DNA of 64,000 nucleotides from Acidimicrobiales bacterium (GTDB lineage Bacteria; Actinomycetota; Acidimicrobiia; Acidimicrobiales; CATQHL01): NCBI GenBank assembly GCA_965209115.1, contig CBDBQD010000002.1, positions 327,890 to 391,889 of the forward strand, read 5' to 3'. Shown piece by piece: positions 62,950 to 64,000 of this stretch (position 1 is its first letter; each line of letters starts with the position of its first letter). The notes under the pieces were generated by a model. It saw only the letters and a program-made list of their open reading frames with translations, ran no database searches and was not told where the DNA came from. The position numbers and the translations under genes were made by a program.

Positions 62950-63339
62950 CAGCGCAACGTCCACGCCACCTTGCAGAGCGCGCTGTCCGACGCGGCCCGC
63001 AAGGGCACCGTCGCCCGGGCGGCCGGGACGATGTCGGGCGGCGAGCAGCGGATGCTCGAGATCGGCCGCGCCCTCATGCGCGAGCCGCGCCTGGTGCTCA
63101 TGGACGAGCCGTCCGCCGGGCTGTCCCCGATCGTGTCCGCCGAAGTGATCGAGACGATCCGGCGCCTCAACCGCGAGATCTCGTTGACCACCCTGATGAT
63201 CGAACAGAGCGCCCGCCAAGGCCTCGAGACCAGCCACCGCGGCTATGTGATAGAGCACGGCCTGATCACCCACCAGGGCAGTTCAGCCGATCTGCCGGCT
63301 GACCCGAACGTGCGGCGGGCGTTCCTCGGAGCCCGCTAA
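62950..63339 (+). pseudogene. 5'-truncated branched-chain amino acid ABC transporter ATPase (LivF-like)
   Basis: Only the part from the signature MSGGEQRMLEIGRAL, Walker B LVLMDEPSAGL and the C-terminus ...DPNVRRAFLGA is present. There is no Walker A. Confidence 0.75.
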
Positions 63340-63422
63340 CCCCCTCTCCCCTTGTCCTCTGACGCTGAGATAGTTCCTAATCCGCGGCGGCGGGGTCGAG
63401 GGGCGGCGCGGCTCGGGGGGGT

Positions 63423-64000
63423 TCAGGCGTTCACGACGGCGTCCATCCAGTCGGCCACGAAGGCCGGGCCGTCGGCCGCCGAGCAGACCCGCATGTTGGG
63501 GCGGCGCTCGGGGTGGTCGATGGTGCGGAGGATCTGCCCCTCGTACTCGACGGCGATGCTTGCGTTCCGCAGGGTGGCGTGGGCGCCGCCGAGGGCGACG
63601 TGCACGGCGAGCGGGTCGTGGAGGTAGGTGCGCTCGTCGAAGTGCGAGCCGTCCAGGCCGTACTTCGCCGCGAAGTCACCGAACGGGTCGCGCATCTCCT
63701 CGATGAGCCGGACCAGCTTCTGGGAGACGGGGCCGCCGTCGCCGGCTAGGCGGTCCCGGTCGGCACGGTCGAGGTAGACCTGCAGGGTCACCTCCAAGGG
63801 CACGAGCGTGATGTCCAGCCCCGACCCCAACACGATGGCGGCGGCGAGCGGGTCGGAGTTGAGGTTCGTCTCGAAGCTCGCCGGCCAGGCGACCATGTGC
63901 CGCTCCACGATCCCGCCCATGATCGTCACCGGGCCGAGTGCGCCGGCCAGCCCGGGTTCCATCTGCAGCGCCAGCGCCAGGTTCGTGACCGGCCCGACCG
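63423..64000 (-). CDS. nucleoside hydrolase, copy 2 (partial, runs off the window)
   Basis: Sequence identical to 55655-56232, with the same stop codon position. Confidence 0.85.
   Translation of the reverse strand, partial: VGPVTNLALALQMEPGLAGALGPVTIMGGIVERHMVAWPASFETNLNSDPLAAAIVLGSGLDITLVPLEVTLQVYLDRADRDRLAGDGGPVSQKLVRLIEEMRDPFGDFAAKYGLDGSHFDERTYLHDPLAVHVALGGAHATLRNASIAVEYEGQILRTIDHPERRPNMRVCSAADGPAFVADWMDAVVNA

Noticed and set aside
62870-62950. Possible tiny minus-strand remnant reading GYDAVLIGRALVTAPGP, reminiscent of the C-terminus of a TIM-barrel enzyme such as TrpC.
   Set aside because: It covers only about 20 codons, the upstream frame is meaningless, and it cannot be distinguished from chance without a database search.

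Overview
High-GC (about 70% by eye) Actinomycetota-type chromosomal segment; no rRNA, tRNA or CRISPR array was recognised. It splits into four parts. (1) 1-25.5 kb is mostly core metabolism: lpd, a 2-oxoacid dehydrogenase E2, a single-ORF lipB-lipA fusion, ino1, pepA, a sirtuin, a rhodanese-MoeB protein, a SpoIID/6xFn3 envelope protein, gmd, an LpdA-like flavoprotein, PhyH, FxsA and a MetE-like methyltransferase. A DUF222/HNH gene bracketed by long inverted repeats (REP13E12-like) interrupts it at 0.5-2.2 kb. (2) 25.6-42.3 kb is a defence/accessory island with no integrase. It holds a DUF1697 / RecQ-helicase::ComFC-like PRTase fusion / DprA-like cassette, an orphan PD-(D/E)xK protein, DUF5131 (Gp37/Gp68) facing a translationally coupled TIGR04255 gene cluster, an atypically organised type I R-M locus (hsdR-hsdS, two small ORFs, hsdM), ParE/Phd and VapBC. 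(3) 42.4-52.1 kb is core again: accA, birA, flavin reductase, gamma-CA, sufB-[REP hairpin + small Cys protein]-sufD-Rieske-sufC, and PCD. (4) 52.1-64 kb is a mosaic island. Two paralogous loci share a host-GC N-terminal module joined to AT-richer, unrelated C-terminal parts. One is a 977-aa secreted protein (2 PPC domains, a hexapeptide beta-helix, a helical tail) sitting behind a TTGACA-G12-GATACT promoter-like element. The island also carries an internally deleted IS3 with intact ends, an IS256 fragment, truncated ABC-transporter genes and two orphan ATPases, and much of it lies between two identical copies (at least 578 bp) of a nucleoside hydrolase gene. The best candidates for undescribed biology are the RecQ::ComFC-like/DprA-like/DUF1697 cassette, the DUF5131/TIGR04255 cluster, and the possibly phase-variable, cassette-swapping secreted-protein loci.
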